Shown here one piece after another: positions 38,372-51,454 of a stretch of 64,000 nucleotides of DNA. Source of the stretch: Chrysomallon squamiferum (Eukaryota; Animalia; Mollusca); NCBI GenBank assembly GCA_012295275.1, contig CM022679.1, positions 26,536,001 through 26,600,000 on the forward strand, in the 5' to 3' direction. Position numbers and translations under genes: made by a program. Numbering within the stretch: position 1 is the first letter of the stretch; each line of letters opens with the position of its first letter. The notes beneath the pieces are model-generated. The model saw nothing but the letters and a program-made list of their open reading frames with translations. It did not search any database and was not told the origin of the DNA.

Positions 38372-40377
38372 AAAAGCTGCAGCCATATTTATCTTTGCTG
38401 ACGTGGTCCCAATGACTGTAGATTATGTCTGCTCAAGTTGTGAATCACGGATTTTGAATGTTTTATTTTAATATTATCTAACTTTGTTATGAGCTGGGCA
38501 GGTCGCCTTGAACAATAGAAGTGTATCTTGAAAGTGTAGATAATTTTAGTTGTCCATTTATTCTTACCGCCAGAGGTTCACAACAAGCAGACGAAAAGTT
38601 GCAACCACAATTTGTAATAAAATATTCCAACACATGCTTTTCTTCCATCAAGCTGTGCGTAAATCGTGAAATGCATGTTTAAAGAACTGAATGTAAACTA
38701 CATGTATTTTAATGTAAATTAATAAACTTTTTCTTCTGTGCAATAATAAATAAAAGGTTATGCCAATCGATTAATAAAATAATAAAGATAAATTCGTCCC
38801 TACGATAACTACATCATTATCGGCATCAATAACACAAAATTATAGATCGTTCGTCTATGATACATACAGGTAGCATGGATCTTGGTCGCGTTTAACTTAA
38901 GTATTAAGTAACTTAATCAAAGTCGTAACTTAAAATAATTCATATGCAAATTATTTGACAAGTATTCTCTTGAAAAAAAAGAAAGAAAGAATAAAAAATC
39001 AAAATAAAGGTTTGTTAATAATTTCAAATAACTGTAAAAAGTTTACAAGTAAAGTTTACCGTTTCGAAATCGTCAAATGATTGAAAAGAAAAATGTGCAA
39101 GCGACATTTTTTTCTGATACGTCACTTTATGACGTAGAGAAACCTTGCACGATCTATTTTAAGAACATAAATAACAGTCTCCTAGAAAGACAAAAACAAA
39201 ATAACTTTAATATGGATGGGAGTTTTTTTGTATAAATGAATATATTTTTAATATATTCTGTGATGTGATACTGGTATCTGTTATTCGTAAATCGATGCAC
39301 GTTCATTAGTCGGAAGAACTTTGTCGCATTGTTATTCCATTATTATTTGACGGTGTCCCATTCTTTGTAATGGTTTGAACAATAAAGTTTATTAGACGAT
39401 TTCCAGTTTTGTTGCTTTGCTTGTATTTCTTCCATATTTAAACAGCTGCATGTAATTTGAAACTGACGTCTTTTTAAGTTCTAATAAGTATTTATTTGTA
39501 AAATTTATTTTAAGTATACATGATCTTTTGATGGCTTTTCCTGCGTAGCTGCGTCAACGAGACGAACCAAATCAGGGAATAATACTAAAGGTATGTTAGT
39601 ATTAATCAGTTATTAGTATAAGAATATCCAGGTCATATGTCATGGCTTCTGTGCATATTCAACGGCATTAAATGCACGTTAAAATTCAAGCAGAGTTACT
39701 GAAACGACTCTCGTTAAAAATAGCCGCGTAGTTACGTAGTAAAGCGAACAACTGCATCGTCTAACGTAAGTACAATTTTCCTTATTTATTTGTATAAACG
39801 TATTTTATTAGTATTATTATGTCTGCGTTCCTGTCATAACGAACACTCCTTAATGGGAACTTACACACAAATACGCAAATAATTATTTCTTCTTTGTGCT
39901 CTTTCCCCCGAATTTGGCAGGGCATCTCTGCCTCTCCTTCCTCGCTGGTCTGATGCCCTTGCGTCTGCCAAAAAAACAACATTGGCGTTTCCACTCAATA
40001 GCGACAGTGTATCTGTATTAATTAATTAATTTATTTATTACATTATATTAAAACTATTGTTTTAAAACATGTGGTTTTGGACCAACCATTCCTGTAAACG
40101 TCACTATATCACTGCGCCTATAACGCAATAATGTGTCTGATGTCATATTATTTATTTTTATTTTTTTATTTTTATTTTTTTCCTTTAACAGAATAACCTT
40201 TGACAAACAACATTTTGCATTATTTCAGTTAGCTGCCCCGAAGCTGCGAAGTATTACGACCTTGACCTTAACTTGCACAACGTAAACGTTTTCTGAGAGG
40301 GACAACAATTTCGCGATAGGCAAGTTTCTGATAAAAAAAAAAAAATAAGATAAGATAAATATAGAAAAGAAAAGAAA

Positions 40378-40412
<35 letters not shown>

Positions 40413-42752
40413 TAATAACAATAATAAATAAATAAATATTCAAAATAATTACTGGGTAAACAATTTATTTAAAAAAAAAAAAAAAATCTATTATATGGGT
40501 TTTATTACTATTATTATTATTAGTCTTATTCAGGAATATCTGGTGGAACAAACTTGCTGCATAAATACTTTTAGTGTGGTTTGAAACACACACACATATA
40601 CTATTACAGTTGTGCTTATAATGAACTATGTTAACAATAACCATATAAGTCTAAATTAATAATCATAGGAGTGCACAAACACTCCCATGACTACCCAAAC
40701 ACGTATGTGAAACTAAAATTCTGCTGGTGATTTTACTTGCTTTTCTTTCTGTATCTTCACATTTGACTGGCAGATTAATTCAATTCAAATTCTCATTTAT
40801 ATTTAAATTTAAATCACTCTTGAAATATAATGGATATCTAATGGATATCTAATAGATATCTAATGATGTTTGAATATTAATTATTATTTCTTTTTGTATC
40901 CATGAATGAATTAATTTATGTGTTAAATAGCTTTGCAGAAAGGCCTTATTAAAATCTAGTTTATACAAAATTTAGCATATGGTTTAATCTTATTTCACAT
41001 AATATGCTTGTGTGCGCAACTGAGTATTTAGAATAGCAGTATTCGTAAAATATTATTTTGATACAGAATTCTTCCTAAACTTTCAAGCTACTAAAAAGAA
41101 TGTTTATTGTCTTTGTAAGTTTGTTAAAAAAAAATTTAAAAAAATAAAACAAAAGCAAAAAAAAAAAACCCAACAGAAACAGACAACAAAACAATCAAAT
41201 TAAAAAAAATATTAAAACCTTTAAGACAATTTTTTTTTACTATAATATTTTAATTCAGATGTTTTAATTTGAAACACTGATAAGTTATTTCATAATATTT
41301 GTATTTATTTCATTCTTTTGAACATTATTAAAATACATTATAATAAGCTATTTATAAAACTAACTTTTTCATCCTGGCATTGTAAAAAATTAAATAAATG
41401 CTTTTAGTGCCTATACAAGCATCTGAAATTAAGCAGTGCATGAATGAAATATTTTTTATCTAGCTCTATGAAATGTTTAAAACTTTCTAATTGCAGAATA
41501 TTTATATTGATTAGGATACTGTCACCATATTACTGTAGCATTTCACTACAATGGAACTTTCCATAATTTTAAAATTATTTTTTAGTTTAAAATACACACA
41601 CTTTCAAATACTCTCTCTCTCTGTGTGTCTCTCTCTCTCAAATATTTATGTAAACAAATACTTCAAATGTTCACAACATAAAGCAATTTAAAAATAATTT
41701 GATGACAAATAATAATAATAACAATAATAAAGTAGTAGGAAACTGGAAAATATAGTTTTATGTTTTTTAATTCTTTAATTTCAGCAAAACAATGTCACAT
41801 TGATACTAGCTTTATCAGTTTTATATTTCATGAGGTTGCTGAAGAAACTAATGTCTAGCAGTAGATAACTGGGATGTTAACAGAAAAACATCTACAGCTA
41901 ACAAACTGGCAGTTAGTGTAACTGAGAGATGACTTAACAATCCAACCATGATTGAAACTGATGCCAAAGTTAAATATTATAAATATACCTATGAATTAAA
42001 TAAGTTGTATATGTGCACTATTTATTTCTTTTTTAATCATAATTTAAAAAAAAAATTTTTTAATAAAAAAAAGTATTTTAAAATTGTTAATTCACCGTCC
42101 TCACGGTTAATTCCATCTGGTTAGTTAAATGCAATTTAAACATATTTTTAAAGCCATATTTGGGAGGTCATGTGCCAGCTGAAACAGGGATGTTTCTTTT
42201 TTGTCAACTGTTTCAAAATGATTACCTGACATCACAATTATAACAAGATGCTTCAGCATAGGAATTTAAATATCAAATTCTTGATATTACTTGAAAAATA
42301 AACAATTAGCAATGAGTTTAAGGAGATCCATACACTACAATCTGAAATGAAAATGCATGTGACTTAGTAGAATGATGTTCTGGCGAAGAACCAACCACAG
42401 CCTTGGTCACTTGACCCAGTAAAAATAAACTTACCTACTGCTTGGTGTTACTGGCTACTGGTATTTTGAAATCATCATTAATAGCTGCCATTCATTTAGT
42501 TTATTTTCATTCTTAACAGCATTCCTTCGTATTTTTTCTGACTGTTAGTTCAATATGTAAGCAAATGTAATATTTTGTTTTAAAAGCTTCTTTTTTTGTT
42601 CAGTTCAGATGATAAAAAGATATCAAATCTTCATCCTTTCTGATTTAAAGGGTATCTGTGTAATGTAATCATATAACTTAAATACATATATACTTTCAGC
42701 TCAATGCTTTCTTTCAGTTATTAACAACAATTTGCTGGCTAATATTATTAAA

Positions 42753-42789
<37 letters not shown>

Positions 42790-45700
42790 TAACCATAGTT
42801 ACTAGAAATAAATCCTTATTATGCATACTCGGAAACTTATTAAATTATTATTATTATTCTTTATCCTCAGCAATAAATAAAAATATAAATAAATAAATAA
42901 ATTAACTAGAGCATGAATATGCATGGCCATCATTTCCTTGTTTGAAAAAAGTACAAAATACTAAGAGACTGGGGCTATGGAGAGCATTTAAAGATTTCTT
43001 CTGAAGTCTATCATAGTTTTGGGTTGTTCTTTTTACATTTCTGTGTAAAAAAGTGATGTTACAAACAACCTCCTTTCATTTCTTCTTTATTATCAACAAA
43101 GTCTGGTGTTCATGAAAAACTGCAATTATCTATATAAAATATATTTAAGCTGCAGGTAACCACCACAATAACAGGTGTCTCTTAAGAATGATATTAATGT
43201 AGGTAAGACAAAAACAACAGTTGGATTATTAAGTCAAGGCTGAATAATAGATATTTAGAAAGAGTACTGAAGTCTGCAGCAATTTAGGGAAAGCTTGCAC
43301 AGGAATCTGCACAGGAATCGAGGCAGTTTTCAATTTTTATGATTATGAAACAGATACACACTCGCAAGCAGAAAAAGCATGCTTTCCATTCAATCTTACT
43401 CTTAATTTCTTTCTGTCCTATGAAAATAAATAAAAAATATAAAATAAAAATAATAATTACAATATACAGAATGTTTTTTTGTGGAGTTTTAAATAAATAT
43501 GTTTAATGTAATAAAATTAACTGTTTTTTCTTTAAGAAGAATTAATAGTTGTACATAAAGTGATAAACTTCAGTTTCATTTTTATTGCTTCCAAATGCAA
43601 TATGCTTTTAAATGTGTTTTTGTTTATATTTTTATTTTCGAAACATTTAAAATCTTTGTACAATACTGTTTGTATATGGTTAATCAATGATCTAGTAAAG
43701 TTTCAAGATTCCTGAAAATATCCAACTCTCCAATAAAAAATAGGCTTGTTTTTCCTCCACAAAAACTGTAGAGAGACTCGACTCCCAAATCAGGTCTTCA
43801 ATTTAGACAATCCACATACATTTATTAAACATAATTCCAAGGTTCTTTTCATACAGCATGTTTTTTGTTTTTTGCTAACTTTTATTAACGTAAATCCTTA
43901 TAATAACCATAACTTTTCTTTTTAAACACTTTCCTGTTCTATTACATGTTCTTTTGGGACATTTTTTTTTGTTTTCTTTTAAAGGTTTTCACTTCTCTTT
44001 TATTCTTCTAATCTCTACTTCAGTTCTAAAAACAACACTAAGAAACAAAAAAACAAAACATAATTAAATCGCCTGAATACGGCTACGTAACAAACCTCAT
44101 CATCAGCCTGTCGTTTACTCTCGTCTATCGCCATCTGCAGTTTGATATCGTCACTCTTCTGTTTGCGCACTTCTTCCTCATGCTCTTCTTTACTCATCGC
44201 CAGCGCCAGCTGAAGCTGTAGTTCTTCCTCTCCGACAGAGGACGGCCGAGCATGCTCCAAGTCTGTGGACAGTCGACGGCCAGCCGAACTGCTTGCAGGA
44301 GACACTGCTAGGAAAAATAATAAACATAACAGATTGTTTTAAACGATCGAGAGAGAGGCAGAATGTCATTTAAATAAAATTAATTGTTTTAATTATGTAT
44401 TTAGAAATGTTACTAGTGTTAATATTAAGTAAAATGAACACGTATGTACAGAAATGACAAAAAAAAAAGAAAAAAAAAAAGAACACCCACTGAATACATC
44501 TCTATAGTTAATTAAAACAATTCAACTAATAAAACTAGGATAAAATTTAAACACATGTGCATACACTTATACAGACACACATACAAACTGGACATAATAA
44601 ACAAACAAAAAAAAAAATTACCTAATTTTGAGTTAATTAAAAAGAGTATCATTTTAAACATTAAACAGTTCAGACATTGTATTAAATATGCATTCTGACC
44701 TGTTACTAAATAAAACAGTGAACTAAAATATTCAATACACGATTGTAAAATTTAAAAATTAACCCTTTTTATGTTTGTTAGTATTACTATTATATACACA
44801 GAATAAAATAAACAGTGAACCAATAATTAAAACAACTCCAAAGAGATAAAAATTAATAATTCAAACTCTACATCAAATATGCACTGAAACATATTACTAC
44901 TTTAGGTCTTAATCACTTAATAATAATTTTCCTAATAATAATCATAATTCATATGCAGAGGTCAAACATAATTTTAAAAATGAAAGATTATAATAGTGTA
45001 TTAAAATTTCTTCAGTATACATTTGGACATGTACACTTGTTAAAAATTAATTCAAGTAAAGACAAACATACATACAAACATGTATATATACATTCACAAA
45101 GGTGTGACAACAACAAAAAATGAACCAACATATACAAACTCACTCAGCCCCAGTTAATGAATCATACAATACTGACAAAGACATTACAGAAATGAAAATT
45201 TGTAATATTTTACTGAACATATATTTTGTTATTATTCAAATTATAACATATAAACGTCACTCACACAATAGACACTCATAATAATACAAAATCACACTAA
45301 AAAGATTACAGGGTGAAACTCGGCCATTACAATAATAGAAAAATGTATAGTTCATTAGTAATACATCATGTTTCTAGCTTGATGTAATGATACCGACAGC
45401 AATGACGTAATGTGTTATGTAATCATCTATAATTATTTTATATGTCAACAGAGAATCCGCTTTCACATGTACATCAATTAGATGTTTTAACAAACACACT
45501 AACTTGAAACTAATCGTGTGAATTCTCTCATGGACCACATTCAAGCAGATTATGAGTTCTGCACTAACTGGCTTCATGTACCTACTTAACATTCAATCAA
45601 TAAGTAATAATAAAGATACAACAGTCACAGACAGGCTTAAGGCTTACGAAACCACAGAAGCTGTCTGAAAGCTAGACATGACAGTTTATTTTGGAAAATA

Positions 45701-47400
45701 TTAAGTGTCAAAAGTCTGTAGTTCTAAGAAGACCCTGGTTTTCATATCAGAAAAAAAAAAAAAATTATCATAAATATTTGATACTTTAATTTTTTTTTAA
45801 TTTTTAAAGCAGAAGAAATATTTGAGGAAACTATTTTCTTTTCATAATCTGCATGTGATATACAGTTAATAATATAAAAATAAATAAAAAATATAAAAAT
45901 CATCTTACAGTCTTCCGAAGGATCATGGTACGGCAGTGTGGGACTGCTTGTTCCAAAATGTGTCTGAAAAATACAAATACAAGAAATGAAAATGAATGTA
46001 CAAATAAATAATTAAATTAAAAAGAAAAATTAAGAACTTCAAACTATAGTATTATCTTGGTAACAGATGTACAATGCAAATCAAAAATAAAAGCAAATGT
46101 CTAAAACATAAATAATAAAACAAATTAATTATCTGCATAAATCTATTTATGTGTGCACTAGAACATGGACACACAGATACACATATGCAGATATTCAATG
46201 TACCATTCTCGATATTTATTGAAAATGATAATTAATATATAATGCTTGATATACTAATATTAAATATATTAATTATTTTATTTATTAATATATTACTTCT
46301 TATAAGCGATGATTACTGTTAGACAAAATATTAAACAACTACAAATTAAGATTCAACTGTAATTTAATTCAGTTAAATAAGTACAGCATGAATTTAGAAA
46401 ATGCACAACAAATTAATAAATTAATAATTTCAAACAAAATATTAGAATGTACTGAATGTTATATGTAACTAATTCATGATGATATATTAATTGCATTAAT
46501 ATAGATATATATGTTGCTGTTTTTGTTATTTATTGCATCATGCATAATTCTTATATAATATAAAATGAACAATGCTTATCATGCTGTTATGAAAAGAATG
46601 TATGTTATACAATTAGTTATTCAATACAAAATAAAAAATCCACAGAAACCTAAATTTCTCTCAAACCAATGTCACTAAATACAAGTTAAGTAGAGAAATA
46701 ATTCTCAACTAAACAAACAAATAATATTTCTCTACAAACTGGGTAAAGGGAAAGAGAGAACAAAAAAAAAAGAAAAAACTTTAAAGAATATATAAGATAT
46801 TAAGCCCTAGAAAAATAAAGATTTTAGCTGTTCACAAATCTAAACATTTTTTAAAATACTAATAGACTATCATATTACCTAAACAATACTGTGTTTAATC
46901 AGTGTCATTTTCAGAACATTTTACATTACAAAACACAAACTGATTCTTAACTGCATCCTAATGACAACATCAATAATAATAATTTAATACACTGTTAAAT
47001 ATATTTAAAAAAATGATCTCTCTTAAATTTTTGAGCATTACTTCGTTAAAAAGGTCTATTATAAAGTGATTGACAAAATGTTATCATTTAAAACAGGGTT
47101 TTTATTTCATAATTGTTAACTAAGTTAGTAAAATAATATAATTAAAACAAATAATTAGTAAGTGCACGCATTGATTCAGATTAGTGGTTTCAAGTATTTC
47201 AAACTGTTATGTAAATTTAAAAAGTAAAATTATATAAATATGTTCAACATTTTACTTATTTCCAGTGACAATTAAAAATGTGGGGTTTTTTATTTTAATC
47301 CCACTAAAAACAAGTGTAGATACTTTATTATTTGTATAATAAATAACTATGTGACTAGTGCTTTGCAATAAACAAGTCATCTATGACATCTAAAATATAG

Positions 47401-47436
<36 letters not shown>

Positions 47437-49313
47437 GAAAAAGAAAAACCAATAAATAAAACAGATAACATCAATGAAACTTAATTTGAGAAACAAATAA
47501 AACTGACTGCAAATAAAATTATTTTTTTTATTACTAAAACCTACACTAGTTGTGTCAGCCGTCTCTGGTCCTGGGGATTTAATCTGGGGAAAAAGAAGAA
47601 ATTTGTGATTTACATAAACATTATTTTACATTTAAACAACAATTTCAGTTCCTTCATCATTGTACATCAAAGAGATTTCAAGAAAAGACAGGGTCAGATG
47701 GTATAGTAAAGATGGTTTTATTTACGTTATCCTTTTGATCCATAGTAATTATATGTATATATATATTTTTTTTAATTTATTTTGTATTTTGTTTTATAGT
47801 TAATGAAAGCACAAAAACAGCTGTAGTAGAATGGAAGAGGAGCATTACTAGGAACAAGTCAAAGATTCAGTGCATCTGTGTATATCCTTATATTGTTTGC
47901 TGTTCCAGACATATGTTTCAAAAACTTAATACATCAAAGAAGGAAAAGTATCTTTGTTGTTTTGTTCATCATTAGAATAATTAAATACTGTCACAAGCAG
48001 GTTACAGCTTATAAAATGTGTTTCAGCTACATCTCATTATGTCAGTTCATTTTTGAAAAGTAGCAGCTACAACAACAAATATATTATGTCAGTAGATTTT
48101 ACAAGACTTAAGGGGAAAAAAGGATCTTATTTTCATATATTATATAATTATAATATGTATTTAAACACACACACACACAAATACAATGCATTCATGTCTG
48201 TTACTAGTGTTAGTGACATTTAACTTGTATATATGCAAATGCACATACTCAAAACATGACAAATGCAGTTAAATATTTCATTTCAAGTTTTAACTTAATT
48301 CCCTAAGTCACAGTTAGTGAATTATAAAAATTTTCATTTCGCAGCTGTTAATCTTTCCTATTAAAGAAAATCACTCCTTCACATTATGTCCCTTTCACTA
48401 AGTTTCAGTATTTCCCATTCCTGATTTTGCTCTGTGAATGGCTCTTCTCATATCAACGGTTATGTTACATATTTTTCTGTCATGTGATTCAAAGGCAAAG
48501 ATGCATTTTCTGAGATATTTTGCCCTTAACTGACAAGAATAGCCTGCGAAATGGCAAGAATGTTTTCTCTTTTATTTTATTACCTGAATAATAAAATGCG
48601 TTGAGATAGTATTAAAAGTTTCTTACATTTTCCTGATGTGTTGGCATAAGACTATTATACATGCACAATGCAGTATAATAATAAATATTTGTAACCATAC
48701 AACCAAGCACTTGAACAATTTTCTAAATAATTATTAATATGAATTAGTTGTAAAACATATATTGTATTGCATCACAGTCAAGGCATTTTTTTTTTTTTTA
48801 AATAACAACTATAATACTTACCCTTCCGTTACTACCTATGCCCATAGAATTCTGTGCAAATCTTTCTTTAGCTTTCAGTGACTTTGCTCGTTCATTTTTT
48901 AATCTCTCGTCATCAGACAGCAGTGCAACAAGCTGCTTGGCTTTCTCTCTGACGTTCATTCCCTGATCCTTATTGTCCAGGTCTATGTACTGAAAACTAG
49001 TCAGTGTTTTGATTGCATGAAAGTTCTCCTTGCACTGCTGAGCAACTTTTTCACTACCTGTTTTAATAATGTAGTCCAGCACCATTAACGATTTGTACAC
49101 ATGACGCCAGTTTTTCCCGTCATCGTTTAACCTCTTCCACACCATCTGCATTATTTCCGTGAACGCAACTACATTGTATGTGAGATCGGCAATCTCCGAC
49201 ATTAATGTGCTCGAGGGACCCCATGGGTCATTGGACGTTGCCTCTCGGACTTTTACTTGAGCATCTGAATAGTTCTTAACAACATTTTTAAGTGTTCGGC
49301 GAATGGTTGGCAT
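33951..49313 (-). CDS. EPN: Epsin (EPN1/2/3, liquid facets-like), whole spliced CDS
   Basis: ENTH domain, two UIMs, DPW motifs, LVNLDELV clathrin box, three NPF motifs ending YNPFL-stop. Exons 49313-48822, (47583-47545), 45963-45909, 44307-44096, 37145-37016 and/or 37015-36859, 35726-35487, 35247-35098, 34150-33951. Confidence 0.95.
35098..35247 (-). CDS. EPN: Epsin exon (clathrin box)
   Basis: RKKSPLDFLGAHTGLVNLDELVSK; phase 1/1. Confidence 0.93.
35487..35726 (-). CDS. EPN: Epsin exon (Pro/Ala-rich, DDAFDLL)
   Basis: LPTANPWSSPQW...IDDAFDLLSSR...AFDPL; phase 1/1. Confidence 0.9.
36859..37015 (-). CDS. EPN: Epsin DPW exon part B (polyQ, DVW/DPW)
   Basis: VIPRPVHSPQLQ11HDVWVSPAPAAASADPWTP...QG|gtaaga; 157 nt; out of frame with part A if both are retained. 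Confidence 0.7.
36949..36983 (-). repeat. CAA/CAG trinucleotide repeat (polyQ in part-B frame)
   Basis: caacaacaacagcagcagcagcagcagcagcaa on the minus strand. Confidence 0.9.
37016..37145 (-). CDS. EPN: Epsin DPW exon part A
   Basis: ttctag|PPEHPQ...TTDPWGMPLQNSTPTDPWGAPLDVT; 130 nt ending CAG|gtaatc. Confidence 0.8.
44096..44307 (-). CDS. EPN: Epsin UIM exon
   Basis: LEHARPSSVGEEELQLQLALAMSKEE...DDIKLQMAIDESK; NAGNAG acceptor (TAG CAG). Confidence 0.95.
45909..45963 (-). CDS. EPN: Epsin small linker exon
   Basis: tttttcag|THFGTSSPTLPYHDPSED|gtaaga; 55 nt supplies the phase 0 to 1 shift needed between ENTH and UIM exons. Confidence 0.8.
47545..47583 (-). CDS. EPN: Epsin candidate alternative micro-exon
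   Basis: Strong acceptor ttcttcttttttccccag|IKSPGPETADTTS|gtaggt; 39 nt, frame-preserving. Confidence 0.55.
48822..49313 (-). CDS. EPN: Epsin ENTH-domain exon
   Basis: MPTIRRTLKNVVKNYSDAQVKVREATSNDPWGPSS...KNWRHVYK...|gtaagt; exon acceptor upstream at 49395. Confidence 0.97.
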
Positions 49314-50494
49314 TGTGTTGTGAACCGGATTCAGTTGAAATGACCTGGATCTCACAGGAATTTATCTCATATAAGCATAATATTTTTGAGGTCTTCTGCA
49401 AAAGGAATAGAAATACATTACTTATTTTAAATGACACATACATATATATATATATATATTCACACATTAACATACACTGACACACACTGATAGATCTAAT
49501 GAAATATATAACTGAAACATGTGAACAATATTTTTAGTTACAACATACAATTAAACCTAAATACTGACATAATGAATGGGTGAGATTCAACAATTTTAAT
49601 CTTCTGTTTTTTAAATTATCTTTGTTTATTACAGTTTACAGTAATATTAAAACCAGAGAAGTATAATATAGTCAGAAAAATTTAATGTCTATCAAATATT
49701 AAAAATCAAACAAATCTATTTGTATGGTTTAGAATAATAATTTTTTGTGATCTTGGTGAGTGACATTGAAGTTTGGTATGTTCATTTTATTCAAATTGAG
49801 TGGCAATTTTTAATTCAACAATTAAACATAATCATAAACACACAGGGTGTACTGATAATGACACTGAAATAAAATGGTTTTATAAACAATTAATAAAAAG
49901 TAATGTGTCTGTATTATAACAGGGTTCATGACAGAAACTAAGCTTTATGAATATTAAAATATGTAAATGGTGTATACTACTATCATTTGCTATAAGTATA
50001 AACTATAATAAAGTCTATATTAACTGAATACACCTTTTCTCATCAATATAACTAACTGTATCATTATATGAATCGATTTCACAAAATCAGATTAACTTAA
50101 TTTCTTAATCTGGACTTTTAACTATCAAATATTTACATTATTCTAATTAATAAGTTGAAAAGAAATTGAACAGGACAAAATAACTCTTCTGATAATGAAT
50201 TAAAAGTAGCAGGTAAATTTCAGGATAAATGTTACGCTATCATAACTATCAAAAAAGATCAAAACACTGAAGAGACTATCATTCATTGTATCAAACATTT
50301 CTACTTCTAGTGATATGAAACACTGAAACAGGAAATATATATATATATTTAAAATAAACATATTTTATACCAAATAATTATATACTATTATAACAATTAA
50401 AACAAGAAGTCACCGACGCCAGTAAAATAATAAAAAAAGAAAGTTATCTAACATGTTCAAAATTGTTTGAACAAAATACGTAATTTTTACATAC

Positions 50495-50760
50495 ATTCTT
50501 TTATCCAGACCCCTGTCTTTGTTTAGTCTGGTATAAATTGTATACGTGTATCACTCAAATAAAAATCCGCTTTAAATAGTTAACACGGTAGCTCCAAAAT
50601 AAATGACTATAAAAAGAATAATGTCAAGATATTTTGATCGTATACACCAAAACCACTATGGTTTCCCCTTGTTTTCTGTCATCCAGAAATGGCGAATATC
50701 CACTTCCTGTGAGTAATTAATGGGAGGTGGACAGAACAGCCAATTACATGTTTGATCTCA
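50495..50760 (-). promoter_or_regulatory. Candidate epsin non-coding first exon and core promoter
   Basis: Minus-strand donor gtatgt at 50494; YY1-like AAATGGCG 50687..50694; ETS-like CACTTCCTG 50701..50709; CCAAT at 50740. Confidence 0.4.
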
Positions 50761-51107
50761 GAAAGTAGGCAAGCCTCTGAAATGAGTAAGCACAGACGAA
50801 AATGAACAGGCATTATTTCAGAAATAAAGTAAAGATCATTTCAGTGAGCATTCATTAAACGTTTTAAACATCTACAATTCTACAAAATTCCACTATTATT
50901 ATTATTTGTTTTTAATGTTTTACACATTTTTTTAATTATTATTATTATTATATCAATATATGGCTAGGCGCTTGTAAAAAAAAAAATTCCATTTGACATA
51001 GTTATTTGCAGAAAACATTTCTTTCTTCTATATCTGCACCTCTTGAAGGTAGAGGTGTGACTGAGGTGTATTGTTTATTATTGCTTGTTGCCTTCCTACC
51101 CCCCCTC

Positions 51108-51110
<3 letters not shown>

Positions 51111-51172
<62 letters not shown>
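51111..51172. repeat. (CT)n(GT)n compound microsatellite
   Basis: Direct reading. Confidence 0.9.
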
Positions 51173-51409
51173 ATAAAAATAATTAATAAAGTAGATTTAA
51201 TTCGTAATATTCATTAAACATCTCAAACAAACCTTGACTTCAAAATTATTCTTGCATCTTTTAACACTGCACAACATTTAGATCTTCCTCCAGCGCACAC
51301 GTTATTATGCACATTATTGGCCTCAGTGACCAATCAGTTTATTTTTTTAACATAAATATACTAAAGAAGTATGTATTTTATCTGTTATATATTATGTAAC
51401 AACAACAAC

Positions 51410-51454
<45 letters not shown>

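Noticed and set aside
42429-42660. Strong minus-strand donor TAG|gtaagt at 42434 as an extra epsin exon
   Set aside because: Candidate acceptors upstream give in-frame stops and no epsin-like peptide; a non-coding exon cannot be excluded
49110-49135. ENTH variant LNDDGKNW (Asp where vertebrate epsins have His)
   Set aside because: The main PtdIns(4,5)P2-contacting residues (RR..K in helix 0, KR, K, RH) appear retained; a single substitution is weak evidence
49314-49355. N-terminal extension of epsin suggested by the ORF track
   Set aside because: Starts at GTG; ENTH helix 0 is N-terminal in epsins and ATG 49313 matches the family start
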